Origin: Candidatus Deferrimicrobiaceae bacterium
Lineage (GTDB): Bacteria > Desulfobacterota > Deferrimicrobia > Deferrimicrobiales > Deferrimicrobiaceae
Direction: 5' to 3'
DNA: 64,000 bases
NCBI GenBank assembly: GCA_963792415.1
Contig: CAWBVY010000004.1
Span: forward strand, 32,001-96,000
In this document: positions 44,686-54,650 of the stretch, one piece after another
Numbering within the stretch: position 1 is the first letter of the stretch
Layout of the letters: every line of letters starts with the position of its first letter
Notes under the pieces: generated by a model
Told to the model about the DNA's origin: nothing
Seen by the model: the letters and a program-made list of their open reading frames with translations, nothing else
The model's database searches: none
Program-made: the position numbers and the translations under genes

Positions 44686-45531
44686 ATGGCGAGAAAAATC
44701 GGGTTGTTCATCGTGGCGCTCGCGATGGTCGGAGCGATGTGCGGCGCGGCGCTGGCGGGCGACACGCTGGCGGAGGTGAAGAAGAGCGGCGTGCTGGTGG
44801 CGGGCGTGAAGGACTCCCTGCCGCCGTTCGGGTCCGTGGACCCGAACACCAAGGAGTTCGTCGGGTACGACATCGATTTCGTCAAGTACATCGCCAAGAA
44901 GCTGGGCGTGAAGGTGGAGTACAAGCCGGTCTCCTCCGCGAACCGGATGCCGATGCTGATGGAGGGGCGCATCGACCTGATCGCCGCAACGATGACGAAG
45001 AACCCGGAACGGGCGAAGCAGATCGATTTCAGCTACACCTACTTCCTCACCGGCCAGAAGTTCCTCACGAAGAAGGGGACGGTCAAGAGCCTGAAGGACC
45101 TCGAGGGGCAGAAGATCGGGACGGCGAAGGGATCCACCTCGGAGCAGAACGTGAAGAAGGCGGTCCCGTCCGCCACGGTCCTCTCCTTCGACGACTATCC
45201 GCAGGGGGCTCTCGCGCTGCAGCAGGGGAAGGTCATCGCCGTGACCACGGACGAGTCGATCCTGGCCGGCCAGCTCGGCAAGTTCGAGAAGAACCCCGCG
45301 TCGAAGGGGAAGTTCGAGATCCCCGACCTCGCGATCTCCGAGGAGCCTTACGGCATAGGGATGCGGAAGGGCGACACGAACTTCGTGAAGTTCGTCAACG
45401 ACACGATCCTGGAGATGGAGAAGAACGGCGAGGCGGCGAAGATCTTCCAGAAGTGGTTCGGCCCGGACTCGGACAGCCCGATCGCGCGGGGAACGTTCAA
45501 GATCACCGCCGACAAGCGCGGGACCGAGTAG
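44686..45531 (+). CDS. Amino acid ABC substrate-binding protein (family 3)
   Basis: Signal peptide; GVKDSLPPFG, GYDIDF, IDFSYTYF, EPYGIG motifs. Confidence 0.92.
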   Translation: MARKIGLFIVALAMVGAMCGAALAGDTLAEVKKSGVLVAGVKDSLPPFGSVDPNTKEFVGYDIDFVKYIAKKLGVKVEYKPVSSANRMPMLMEGRIDLIAATMTKNPERAKQIDFSYTYFLTGQKFLTKKGTVKSLKDLEGQKIGTAKGSTSEQNVKKAVPSATVLSFDDYPQGALALQQGKVIAVTTDESILAGQLGKFEKNPASKGKFEIPDLAISEEPYGIGMRKGDTNFVKFVNDTILEMEKNGEAAKIFQKWFGPDSDSPIARGTFKITADKRGTE

Positions 45532-45550
45532 CCGGAGCGGGAAGCCACCG

Positions 45551-46258
45551 TTGCTGACCTACAAGTTCGACTGGGCGATCGTCACCTCCGGGAAGTATTT
45601 CGATTGGATCGTTTCCGGATTCTACGTCACGATCAAGCTCTCGACGGTGTCGATCGCCCTGTCGTTCCTGCTCGGGTTGATCATCGCGATCATGCGGATG
45701 AGCCACCTCCGGCCGATCCGCTGGTTCGCCCACGGGTACCTCGAGTTCTTCCGCAACACCCCGCTGCTGGTCCAGATCTTCTTCTGGTACTTCGGTTCCT
45801 ACAAGGTGCTCCCGGCGGTGGCGAACGACTGGCTGGTCACGCAGGACTTCGAGTTCGCCGCCGCCGTGATCGCCCTTACGATCTACACCTCCGCCTTCAT
45901 CGCGGAGGACATCCGGTCCGGGGTCCGCTCCATCCCGAAGGAGCAGATGGAGGCGGCCCGCAGCTCCGGCTTCTCCTATATCCGTTCGATGCAGTACATC
46001 ATCCTGCCGCAGGCGGTGCGCCTCACGATCCCGCCGCTCATCAACCAGTTCCTGAACCTGATGAAGAACTCGTCGCTGGCGATGACGATCGGCGTCGCCG
46101 AACTGATGTACCAGGCGCGGCAGGTGGAGAGCTACACCTTCAAGGGGTTCGAGGCGTTTTCCGCGGCGACCCTGGTATACCTGACGCTCTCCTTCACCAT
46201 CACCGGGCTGATGACCCTCTACGACAAGAAGGTCCTCCAGCCCCTCAAGGGGCGATGA
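45551..46258 (+). CDS. Amino acid ABC permease
   Basis: FRNTPLLVQ motif and EAA loop QMEAARSSG. Confidence 0.93.
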   Translation: MLTYKFDWAIVTSGKYFDWIVSGFYVTIKLSTVSIALSFLLGLIIAIMRMSHLRPIRWFAHGYLEFFRNTPLLVQIFFWYFGSYKVLPAVANDWLVTQDFEFAAAVIALTIYTSAFIAEDIRSGVRSIPKEQMEAARSSGFSYIRSMQYIILPQAVRLTIPPLINQFLNLMKNSSLAMTIGVAELMYQARQVESYTFKGFEAFSAATLVYLTLSFTITGLMTLYDKKVLQPLKGR

Positions 46259-46259
46259 C

Positions 46260-46961
46260 GTGATCGGCGGGCTCGACTTTTCCGTCGTCTGGGACAATCT
46301 GTCCTACTTCTTCATCGGCCGGTACCCGAAGGGGCCGCTCGGCGGCGTGGGGCTCACCCTGTACCTCGCCGTGGTGTCCCTCGCCCTCTCCTTCCTCGGC
46401 GGGCTGATCCTCGGGCTCTTGAGCGTCTCACGGAACCGCGTGGTCAAGTGGGGATCGACGTCCTTGATCCAGATGATCCGCGGGATGCCGCTGCTGATGG
46501 TCATCTTCTGGATGTTCTTCCTTCTCCCGGCGATGCTGGGGGGAGGGATCTCCGCGTCGTGGACCATCATCGTGGCGCTGACCCTGTTCACCTCCGCCTA
46601 CATGTCCGAGATCGTGCGCGCGGGGATCGTGGGGATCCCGAAGGGGCAGACGGAGGCGGCGATCTCGACCGGGTTGTCCCACGGGCAGGCGATGTTCTAC
46701 ATCATCCTCCCGCAGGCGCTGCGGAACATGATCCCGTCCTTCGTCAACCAGTTCGTGTCGATGATCAAGGACACCTCGCTGGCGTTCATCGTGGGGGTGA
46801 CGGAGCTCACCCAGATCGCCACCCAGATCAACAACCGGACGATGCTGTACCCCACCGAGATCTTCATCTTCATCGCGGTCATCTACTTCATCATGTGCTT
46901 CGCCTTCACGGAGCTGTCCCGCTGGCTGGAGCGCCGGTTGGCCTATCGCAAAGCGATCTGA
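46260..46961 (+). CDS. Amino acid ABC permease
   Basis: IRGMPLL, GQTEAAISTG, IKDTSL motifs. Confidence 0.93.
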   Translation: MIGGLDFSVVWDNLSYFFIGRYPKGPLGGVGLTLYLAVVSLALSFLGGLILGLLSVSRNRVVKWGSTSLIQMIRGMPLLMVIFWMFFLLPAMLGGGISASWTIIVALTLFTSAYMSEIVRAGIVGIPKGQTEAAISTGLSHGQAMFYIILPQALRNMIPSFVNQFVSMIKDTSLAFIVGVTELTQIATQINNRTMLYPTEIFIFIAVIYFIMCFAFTELSRWLERRLAYRKAI

Positions 46962-47232
46962 CGCCGCGCGGTTTCCCTTGACATCCATTCGCCCGAGCAC
47001 GGATCCCCCTTGACCATCGGGCCCGCGCCCGGGAGATCCGGTCACGAGCACGGCTGCTTCCGCTGTCCGCCCACCTCCCCCGCACGGGCGGGGAGCACGA
47101 CCTCGAATCCCTCTGAGGACCGCGGGCGGTGGTGAATTTTTCCCCTGGTTCGGGCGATAAGGGAGGAAAGGGGCGGCAGGATCGCGACCCCTGGACCGAT
47201 TGCCGGATCCACCATCCGAAGGAGGAGAAAAA

Positions 47233-48078
47233 ATGGCAAGGAAAACAGGGGTGTTCGTTCTGGCGCTGGCCATGGTCGGCGCGCTGTGCAGCGCGGCGCT
47301 GGCGGGCGACACGCTGGCGGAGGTGAAGAAGAAAGGCGTGCTGGTGGCGGGCGTGAAGGACTCCCTGCCGCCGTTCGGGTCCGTGGACCCGGACACGAAG
47401 AAGTTCGTCGGGTACGACATCGACTTCATCAAGTACATCGCCACGAAACTGGGCGTGAAGGCGGAGTACAAGACCGTCTCCTCCGCGAACCGGATGCCGA
47501 TGCTGATGGAGAGCCGCGTCGACATCCTCGCGGCGACGATGACGAAGACCCCCGAGCGGGCGAAGCAGATCGACTTCAGCTACACCTACTTCCTGACCGG
47601 CCAGAAGTTCCTGACGAAGAAGGGGACGGTCAAGACGCTGAAGGATTTCGAGGGGAAGAGGATCGCGACGGCGAAGGGCTCCACCTCGGAGCAGAACGTG
47701 GCGCAGGCGGTTCCCTCGGCCATCGTCCTCTCCCTCGACGACTATCCGCAGGGAATCCTCGCCCTGCAGCAGGGGAAGGTCGCCGCCGTGACCACGGACG
47801 AGTCGATCCTGTCGGGGCAGCTCGGCATGCTCGAGAGGAAACGCGCCACCAAGGGGAAGTACGAGATCCCGGACCTTCAGATCTCCATGGAGCCCTACGG
47901 CCTCGGGATGCGGAAGGGCGACGCGAACTTCGTCAAGTTCGTCAACGATACGCTCCTGGAGATGGAGAAGAACGGCGAGGCGAAGAAGATCTTCCTGCGC
48001 TGGTTCGGGCCGAATTCGGAAAGTCCGATCAATCGCGGCAGTTTCATGATCACGGCCGACCGGATGGGGCTGGAGTAG
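47233..48078 (+). CDS. Second amino acid ABC substrate-binding protein (close paralog of 44686-45531)
   Basis: Same length (281 aa) with long identical stretches at protein and DNA level. Confidence 0.92.
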   Translation: MARKTGVFVLALAMVGALCSAALAGDTLAEVKKKGVLVAGVKDSLPPFGSVDPDTKKFVGYDIDFIKYIATKLGVKAEYKTVSSANRMPMLMESRVDILAATMTKTPERAKQIDFSYTYFLTGQKFLTKKGTVKTLKDFEGKRIATAKGSTSEQNVAQAVPSAIVLSLDDYPQGILALQQGKVAAVTTDESILSGQLGMLERKRATKGKYEIPDLQISMEPYGLGMRKGDANFVKFVNDTLLEMEKNGEAKKIFLRWFGPNSESPINRGSFMITADRMGLE

Positions 48079-48102
48079 ACGGCGGTGCGGAAAGCGTTCC
48101 CT

Positions 48103-48143
48103 GCTGGAGCGGCGGCTGGCCTGGCGCAGGGCGATCTGACGCC
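48103..48143 (+). pseudogene. Remnant of the permease 3' end
   Basis: 35/41 nt identical to 46925-46965 (LERRLAWRRAI* vs LERRLAYRKAI*). Confidence 0.75.
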
Positions 48144-48149
48144 CCTCCC

Positions 48150-49502
48150 GTGAACCCGCCGGAGAAAGTTCGGCTGCTGGGTTCCTTCGGTGCCGCCGTG
48201 GAGGCGGTCGACCCGGCGCGCCTCGTCTCGGCCGCTCTCCGCGTGGAAGGGGATGCCGTTGTGCTCGACGTCGCGGGCGTCCGGGGGGAGATCCCCCTTT
48301 CGTCCCTGCGGAAGATCCACCTCGTCGGTGCCGGAAAGGCGGGGAGGGCGATGGGGGAGGCGGCTCTCGCGGCGCTCGGGAAGCGTGTCGCGGACGGGGT
48401 GATCGCCGTGCCGCGCGGCGCGGATGGGCGGTCGGGGCCGGTGCGATTCGCGGCCGCCGGGCACCCGGTCCCCGACATCTACAGCCTCGCGGCCGCGCGC
48501 GAGATCCTGTCCGTCATGGAACGCGCCGGGAAAGGGGACCTCGTGATCGCCCTCGTGTCGGGCGGCGGGTCCGCCATGCTCTCCGCGCCGGCCGCGGGGA
48601 TCACGATGGAAGGGAAGGCGGAAACGTTCCGTCTCCTCCTGCGGGCGGGGGCCGACATCGCGTCGTTCAACGCGGTGCGCAAGCATCTCTCCGAGGTCAA
48701 GGGAGGACTGCTTGCCCGGGCCGCACAGCCCGCAACCGTATGGGCGCTGCTCCTGTCGGATGTTCCCGGCGACGACCCGTCCGTGATCGCCTCCGGCCCT
48801 TTTTCCCCGGACCCGACGACGTATGCGGACGCAATCGGGGTCCTCGAGCGGTACGGTATCAATTACGCGGTCCCCTCCGCGGTGCGTCGACACCTTGTCG
48901 AAGGCGCGGCCGGCGTCCTCCCCGAAACCCCGAAACCGGACGATCCCGCTTTCCTCGGGACCACCTCCGCCCTCCTCGGAACGAACCGGATGGCGATGGA
49001 CGCGGCGGCGCTGCGGATGGCGCGGGAACGGGACGCAGCCCCCACCGCGATCGTCCTCCTTCCCGGCTACCTTCGCGGGGAGGCGAGGGAGTGCGCCCGT
49101 TCGTTCTGTGCCCGGTTGCGGAAGGCCGCGGAGGCGCTTTCCCCGGGACACGCGGTCGCGATGATCGCCGGCGGGGAGACGACGGTGAATGTCCTCGGGA
49201 GCGGAAAAGGTGGACGGAACCAGGAGTTCGCCCTTGCAGCGGCGATGGAACTTGCCGGCGAGGGTGCGATGGCCGTCCTGGCCGCGGGGACGGACGGGAT
49301 CGACGGGCCCACCGACGCCGCGGGGGCGTACGTCGACGGAACCACCGTCGCGCGCGCCGCGTCCCTCGGGCTCGACCCCGGCGTCCACCTCGGGAACAAC
49401 GACGCCTACCCCTTCTTCGAGGCGTTGGGAGACCTGGTCGTCACCGGCGCGACGGGCACCAACGTCGCCGACCTCGCGATCGGATGGGCGCGGAGGCCTT
49501 AA
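48150..49502 (+). CDS. Glycerate 2-kinase (MOFRL/TtuD family)
   Basis: VGAGKA, GHPVPD, SGGGSA, RKHLSEVKGG, GGETTV, GGRNQE, TDGIDG, TGTNVAD motifs. Confidence 0.92.
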   Translation: MNPPEKVRLLGSFGAAVEAVDPARLVSAALRVEGDAVVLDVAGVRGEIPLSSLRKIHLVGAGKAGRAMGEAALAALGKRVADGVIAVPRGADGRSGPVRFAAAGHPVPDIYSLAAAREILSVMERAGKGDLVIALVSGGGSAMLSAPAAGITMEGKAETFRLLLRAGADIASFNAVRKHLSEVKGGLLARAAQPATVWALLLSDVPGDDPSVIASGPFSPDPTTYADAIGVLERYGINYAVPSAVRRHLVEGAAGVLPETPKPDDPAFLGTTSALLGTNRMAMDAAALRMARERDAAPTAIVLLPGYLRGEARECARSFCARLRKAAEALSPGHAVAMIAGGETTVNVLGSGKGGRNQEFALAAAMELAGEGAMAVLAAGTDGIDGPTDAAGAYVDGTTVARAASLGLDPGVHLGNNDAYPFFEALGDLVVTGATGTNVADLAIGWARRP

Positions 49503-49746
49503 GTGTTGCGCTTCATAAATACGGTGTCGCACCGAGAGGGCCGATGCGCCGCATCCGGCAAGGCGTCGCGACCGAGGCGTACTGAGCAAGTACGGTGAGG
49601 GAGCGCCCCACTTCCGGACGAAATACTCTCCCTGGGGTACCCCGGACTGCCGATACCATGTTCTTCGATCGGCATGAGGGGCACAACTTCGCCGGGGCGG
49701 ATGCAGCGGGCCTCGAATGCAACCGTATTTATGAAACGCAGCACTA
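49500..49746. mobile_element. MITE-like element with 24-bp imperfect terminal inverted repeats, containing repeat copy D
   Basis: Left end AGTGTTGCGCTTCATAAATACGGT (49502-49525); reverse complement of the right end AGTGCTGCGTTTCATAAATACGGT (49722-49745), 22/24 identical. Copy D lies at ~49601-49687 on the minus strand. Confidence 0.8.
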
Positions 49747-50241
49747 AACCAGGATGATGTCGAGCTTCTCCGGGCCGTGCACGCCGATCGCCAGGGTGAG
49801 CTCGATGTCGGCCGTGCGGCTGGGTCCCGTGACCAGGGTCAGGTTCGTGGGCGGGGCGCCGGAGAGCGCCGCGAAGAAATCGTCCAGCGTGTCGAAGATC
49901 CGGTCCCGACGCACGATCGCCACGTGGTGCGCGGGGAGCAGTCCCGCCTGGACCGCCCGGCCTCCCTCGCTCGAGCAGACGAGCGTGCCGGTCTCGGCGA
50001 TCGCTCCGAACACCTCCTCCACCGTCACCGTCGCGGCGGCGGTATCGGACACGCGGTTCGTAAAGAGCGTCTGGACCGCCCGCTCGATCGGCGTGACGCC
50101 CGGGCAGTAGACCGGCGAATCGATCGCGACGACCCGTCGGAGCGCCGCGAGAAGATCCCCCGTGTCCGACGCGGAGTGGGTACCGGCGGCCGTGGTCGCG
50201 GCGTTCTCGAGGAAGAGCCGTCCCCTGTCCTCGGCGCTCAC
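49744..50241 (-). CDS. lutC: Lactate utilization protein C (LUD domain)
   Basis: AIAETGTL and TGPSRTADIELTLAIGVHGP motifs. Confidence 0.88.
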   Translation of the reverse strand: MSAEDRGRLFLENAATTAAGTHSASDTGDLLAALRRVVAIDSPVYCPGVTPIERAVQTLFTNRVSDTAAATVTVEEVFGAIAETGTLVCSSEGGRAVQAGLLPAHHVAIVRRDRIFDTLDDFFAALSGAPPTNLTLVTGPSRTADIELTLAIGVHGPEKLDIILV

Positions 50242-51605
50242 GGCAGCCTCCGGCGCAGCGGGGTCTTCGCGGGCGCCGGCATCCTCCCCGCGACGTCTTT
50301 CCCGCCCAGCGCGCGCACCACCGGCCAGAACGCGCCGGCGAGCCGCTGTCCGAGGGTAAACAGCGCCGGTGATACGGCCGCCTTCCCGAACGCCTCCATC
50401 CCCCGGCGCTCCCTCGGGTCGGAGAACCGCTCGCGCACCTTCCGCTGCCGGAGACCAAGGATCAGGTCGGCGAGCGGGACGCGCACCGGGCACACCTCGA
50501 CGCACGCTCCGCACAAGGTGCTCGCATCCACAAGGGGATGCGACTTCTTCATCCCGGTAAGCAGGGTCGTAAGGACGATCCCCATCGGCCCGGGGTATGT
50601 CCACCCGTAGGCGTGCCCCCCCACTGCCCGGTAGACGGGGCAGACGTTCATGCAGGCGCCGCACCGGATGCACTTGAGGATGTCGCGCGACTCCCCGGCG
50701 AGGATCTCCGTGCGGCCGTTGTCGAGGAGGACGATGTGCAACTCCTTCGCCCCGGTCGCGTCCCCCTCCTTGCGCGGCCCGGTGATGACGGAGACGTAGC
50801 TGGTCATCGTCTGCCCCGTCGCGGACCGGGGAAGCAGGCGGAGGAACGCCGGCAGGTCGGCGAGCGACGGGAGCATCTTTTCGACGGAGAGGATCGCGAC
50901 GTGCAGGGGGGGAACGGTCGTCACCATCCGCCCGTTCCCCTCGTTCGTCACCAGGACGAGACTCCCCGTGTCCGCGACGGCGAAGTTCGCCCCCGAGACC
51001 CCGGCGTCGGCGGAGAGGAACTTCTCCCGGAGCGCCCTGCGGGCGATCTTCGTCAGCGCCTGGGGATCCTCGGTATACGGCACCCCGAGACGGTCCGCGA
51101 AGAGCCTGCCCACCTGGCGCCGGTTCTTGTGGATCGCCGGGACGATGATGTGGGACGGCGTCTCCCCTTCCATCTGGATGATGTATTCGCCGAGGTCGGT
51201 CTCCACGACCTCCATCCCCGCGGCCTCGAGGTGGGAATTCAGGTCCACCTCCTCGGAGACCATCGATTTCCCCTTCACGATCCGCTTCGCTCCGCGGTCG
51301 GACAGGACCCTCGCGATGATCTCCCGGGCTTCGGTTGCGTCCTTCGCCCGGTGGACCGTCGCCCCGGCGCGGGTGGCGGCGGCGGCGAACCGGTCCACGT
51401 ACATCGGCAGGTTCGCCAGCACGTCGTCCCGGATCGCGGAGGCCCGGTCGCGCAGCGCCTCGAGGTCCGCCACGGGGGCGAACGCGTCGGCGCGCTTCGT
51501 CCCGAACGTGTCGGCCGCCTGCTTCATCGCGGCCCGCAGGGCGGAATCCTCCAGCGCACGCACGCTGTTTTCGCGGAACACCAGGCTCGTCTGTTCGTGG
51601 CTCAC
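50238..51605 (-). CDS. lutB: Lactate utilization Fe-S protein B
   Basis: VKGKSMVSEE, ETDLGE, PSHIIVPAIH, CIRCGACMNVCP, LCGACVEVCP motifs. Confidence 0.92.
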   Translation of the reverse strand: MSHEQTSLVFRENSVRALEDSALRAAMKQAADTFGTKRADAFAPVADLEALRDRASAIRDDVLANLPMYVDRFAAAATRAGATVHRAKDATEAREIIARVLSDRGAKRIVKGKSMVSEEVDLNSHLEAAGMEVVETDLGEYIIQMEGETPSHIIVPAIHKNRRQVGRLFADRLGVPYTEDPQALTKIARRALREKFLSADAGVSGANFAVADTGSLVLVTNEGNGRMVTTVPPLHVAILSVEKMLPSLADLPAFLRLLPRSATGQTMTSYVSVITGPRKEGDATGAKELHIVLLDNGRTEILAGESRDILKCIRCGACMNVCPVYRAVGGHAYGWTYPGPMGIVLTTLLTGMKKSHPLVDASTLCGACVEVCPVRVPLADLILGLRQRKVRERFSDPRERRGMEAFGKAAVSPALFTLGQRLAGAFWPVVRALGGKDVAGRMPAPAKTPLRRRLP

Positions 51606-52324
51606 AGTCCCTCCGCCAGCAGCTGCGCGATGTGGGCGACCCGGATCTTCGTCCCCCGCCGCCGCATCGCGTCCACGATGTTCATGAGGCAGCCGGAATC
51701 GCACCCCGTCACCGTGTCGGCCCCCGTCGCCTCGATGGACGCGGCCTTCTCGTCCGCCAGCGCGCAGGAGATCTCCGGCAGTTTCGCCATGAACGTCCCC
51801 CCGAAGCCGCAGCAGCGGGCGGCGTCGGGCATCGGGAGGAAGGTCGCGCCTTTCAGCGAAGACAGGAGCGTCAGCGGCTCCTCCCGGACGCCCAGCGACC
51901 GGGTCAGGTGGCACGATGCGTGGTAGGTGACCGTTCCCTTCCCGCGCAGCCCCGCCTCGTGGGCTTTCGCAACGTGGACCAAAAACTGCGTGAGCTCGTA
52001 GATCCGCTCCCCCGCCCGCACCGCCTTCGCGAGCCGTGTAGGATCGTCGCGGAACAGCCGGGGGTAATGGTGCTTGACCATCGCCGCGCAGGAGCCCGAC
52101 GGGGTGACGATGGGGTCGTCGCCGTCGAACTCCCAGAGGAAATGCTCGGCCGCAGCGCGGGCCTGCGCCTCGTATCCGGCGTTGAACGCCGGCTGACCGC
52201 AGCACGTCTGCCCCTTCGGGAAGACCGGCTCGGCACCGAACCGCTGCAGCAGCCGCACCGTCGCCTCCCCCGCCTCGGGAAAGAAGGTGTCGACCAGGCA
52301 CGTGCCGAAGAGCAGAACTCTCAT
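51602..52324 (-). CDS. lutA: Lactate utilization protein A (CCG domains)
   Basis: TCLVD, QTCCGQP, SGSC, YHASCH, CCGFGGTF, DSGCLMNI motifs. Confidence 0.9.
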   Translation of the reverse strand: MRVLLFGTCLVDTFFPEAGEATVRLLQRFGAEPVFPKGQTCCGQPAFNAGYEAQARAAAEHFLWEFDGDDPIVTPSGSCAAMVKHHYPRLFRDDPTRLAKAVRAGERIYELTQFLVHVAKAHEAGLRGKGTVTYHASCHLTRSLGVREEPLTLLSSLKGATFLPMPDAARCCGFGGTFMAKLPEISCALADEKAASIEATGADTVTGCDSGCLMNIVDAMRRRGTKIRVAHIAQLLAEGL

Positions 52325-53238
52325 GGGGCAGAACACTCCTTCCCGCGGAGGAGGTGGCGCAACGCGGCGGGAAGCTCCGGGAAGCGGAAGGGGTAGCCGG
52401 TCGCCTCGAGGCGGCGCGGGGCCACCCGCGTGCTTGCCAGCAGCAGGGCGTCCGCCATCTCGCCCACCGCGAGGCGAAGGGCAAAGGCAGGGACCGGAAG
52501 CAACGTCGGGCGCGAGAGGACCTTTCCCAGCGCTTCGGTGAACTCCCGGTTGGTGACAGGAACCGGCGCGACGACGTTCACCGGGCCGCGCAGCTCTACG
52601 GATTGCAACGCGTGGAGGACGATACCGACAAGGTCGTCGAGGGCGACCCAGCTGACGTACTGACGCCCGCCGCCGATCACCCCCCCGAGCCCCGCCCGGA
52701 ACAGCGGGAGCATCCGGGAGAGCGCTCCCCCCCTCGGCGAGAGCACAACCCCGATCCGCAACAATACGACACGGATCCCCTTCCGCGCGGCCGGCGCGGA
52801 GGCCGCCTCCCACTCCCGGCAGACCTCGGCGAGAAATCCCTTGCCGGGCGGACTCTCCTCGGTCAACGGTTCCCCTCCACGGTCTCCGTAATAGCCGATC
52901 GCGGAGGCGCACACGAGCGTCCTCGGCGGGCGGGCGAGCCCCGCGAGTGCGTCGCAGAGAAGGCGCGTCCCGTTCACGCGGCTGTCGCGGATGGAGGTCT
53001 TCCGAGCGGCGTTCCACCTTCCGGAAGCGATGTTCTCCCCCGCGAGGTGGACGACGGCGTCGAGGCCCTCGAGCCCCGCCGCGTCGACCTCCCCCTTCTC
53101 CGGGTCCCACCGGACGGCCTTCTCCCCCGGGGCGGGGGCGCGCCGGACGAGCCGGACGACCGCATGCCCCGCGGCGGAAAGAGAGGCCACCACCTGTGAA
53201 CCGACGAGTCCAGTGGACCCGGAAACGGCGACGCGCAT
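52321..53238 (-). CDS. TIGR01777/YfcH family NAD-dependent epimerase
   Basis: SGSTGLVG, HLAGENI, ASAIGYYG, FLAEVCREWE motifs. Confidence 0.9.
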   Translation of the reverse strand: MRVAVSGSTGLVGSQVVASLSAAGHAVVRLVRRAPAPGEKAVRWDPEKGEVDAAGLEGLDAVVHLAGENIASGRWNAARKTSIRDSRVNGTRLLCDALAGLARPPRTLVCASAIGYYGDRGGEPLTEESPPGKGFLAEVCREWEAASAPAARKGIRVVLLRIGVVLSPRGGALSRMLPLFRAGLGGVIGGGRQYVSWVALDDLVGIVLHALQSVELRGPVNVVAPVPVTNREFTEALGKVLSRPTLLPVPAFALRLAVGEMADALLLASTRVAPRRLEATGYPFRFPELPAALRHLLRGKECSAP

Positions 53239-53361
53239 CCTCTACCCCTCCCTGTCCCGCTCCTTGCCATGGTACCGCGATTGCAGGTGGATCGGCATCG
53301 TCCCGTCCGTTTTCCGCGAACGGATCCGCCAAGGCGGACCGGGACCGGCACCATCACGTTC

Positions 53362-54546
53362 TCACGGGGTAAGGATCTGCAGGAGTTCGCCGGTCGCGAA
53401 ATTCGCCACATAGACGTTTCCCGCCTCGTCTTCGCCAAAGGTGGTGATGGTCAACGTCGCGTCCGCAAGCAGCGCGTTGTCCCAGGCGGCGCCGTTCTTC
53501 CTGATCCCCCAGATCCGGCCGCTGCAGAAGTCCCCGAAGAGATAAATCCCCTGCAGGGAGGGGAGTGCCGAACCACGGTACACATGGCCGCCGGTCACGG
53601 AGCACCCGAGCGCGTGATCGTACACGACGACCGGGAGGGCAAGGCCGGCGCGGATGCAGCCGACGGTCCCGGGAGGGTAGCAACTGTCGCCCTCCATGAT
53701 GTTCCAGCCGTAGTTCCCGCCCCCAGGATCTCCGGCCGGCTGGAAATCGATCTCCTCGAAGTTCCCCTGCCCCACGTCGCCGATATACAGGTCCCCCGTC
53801 ACGCGGTCGAAGGAGAAGCGCCACGGGTTCCGCAGCCCCAGCGCCCAGATCTCCGGAAGGTAGCCGGCGGAGAGGAGAAACGGGTTGTCCGGGGGAACCT
53901 TGTACGGTTGCACGCCGGACTCGACGTCGATTCGCAGGAGCTTCCCCAGAAGGGTGCCGGGGGTCTGGCCGTTGTTCAGTGGATCCCCGCCCGAGCCCCC
54001 GTCCCCCATCCCGATGTAGAGGTATCCATCGGGACCGAAGGCGAGCTGTCCGCCGTTGTGGTTCGCAAACGGCTGGGGGATTGTCAGGATCACTTCCTCG
54101 CTCACGGGATCGGCCGCGTTCGCGTCGCCGGTGGAAACGCGGTAGCGGGCGACCACCGTCGCGCCGTCCGGGGCCCTGGTGTAATTCACGTAGAAATACC
54201 TTTTCGCAGCGAAACCGGGGGGGAACGCCGCGCTCAGGAGGCCCTGCTCCCCGCAGCAGACCAGCTTGGCGGAGATGTCCAGAAATGGGGAAGAGAGCAC
54301 GGCTCCGTTGTCGAGGATCCGGATCCTCCCAGCCTGCTCCACGACGAAGATCCTGCCGCTCCCGTCCCCGGCATGGGTTACGTGGACAGGCTGTGCGAAT
54401 CCGCCCGCCACCACGGCCAGGGAGATCTGCGGCCAGCCCGCGGGGGCGGGCACGGAGCCGGGGGCAGACGGGGTCCCGGACCCCCCAGAGCATCCGACCA
54501 TCGCGATTAGCGCTCCGCAAGCGACGAGAATTCGCGTGTTCGACAA
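53362..54546 (-). CDS. PQQ-dependent glucose/sorbosone dehydrogenase family lipoprotein
   Basis: Lipobox MVGC; GEQGLL, NHNGGQLAFGPDG, GLRNPWRFSFD motifs. Confidence 0.88.
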   Translation of the reverse strand: MSNTRILVACGALIAMVGCSGGSGTPSAPGSVPAPAGWPQISLAVVAGGFAQPVHVTHAGDGSGRIFVVEQAGRIRILDNGAVLSSPFLDISAKLVCCGEQGLLSAAFPPGFAAKRYFYVNYTRAPDGATVVARYRVSTGDANAADPVSEEVILTIPQPFANHNGGQLAFGPDGYLYIGMGDGGSGGDPLNNGQTPGTLLGKLLRIDVESGVQPYKVPPDNPFLLSAGYLPEIWALGLRNPWRFSFDRVTGDLYIGDVGQGNFEEIDFQPAGDPGGGNYGWNIMEGDSCYPPGTVGCIRAGLALPVVVYDHALGCSVTGGHVYRGSALPSLQGIYLFGDFCSGRIWGIRKNGAAWDNALLADATLTITTFGEDEAGNVYVANFATGELLQILTP

Positions 54547-54650
54547 ACCCGCCTCCAGGAGATCCGTCGTCGGATCCGTTGTTTCGACGCAGGCCGGCCG
54601 TCCCGTTCGTTCATGGGATGACGACAGGGCTCGGACCGTTCCCTCGTAGT

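Noticed and set aside
47042-47200. Histidine kinase C-terminal remnant (RGKIHHRPRSSEGFEVVLP)
   Set aside because: The similarity is too weak to support without a search.
53270-53285. Sigma54-like TGGTACCGCGATTGCA on the plus strand
   Set aside because: It points antisense into the GSDH gene with no plus-strand gene downstream, so it is probably chance.
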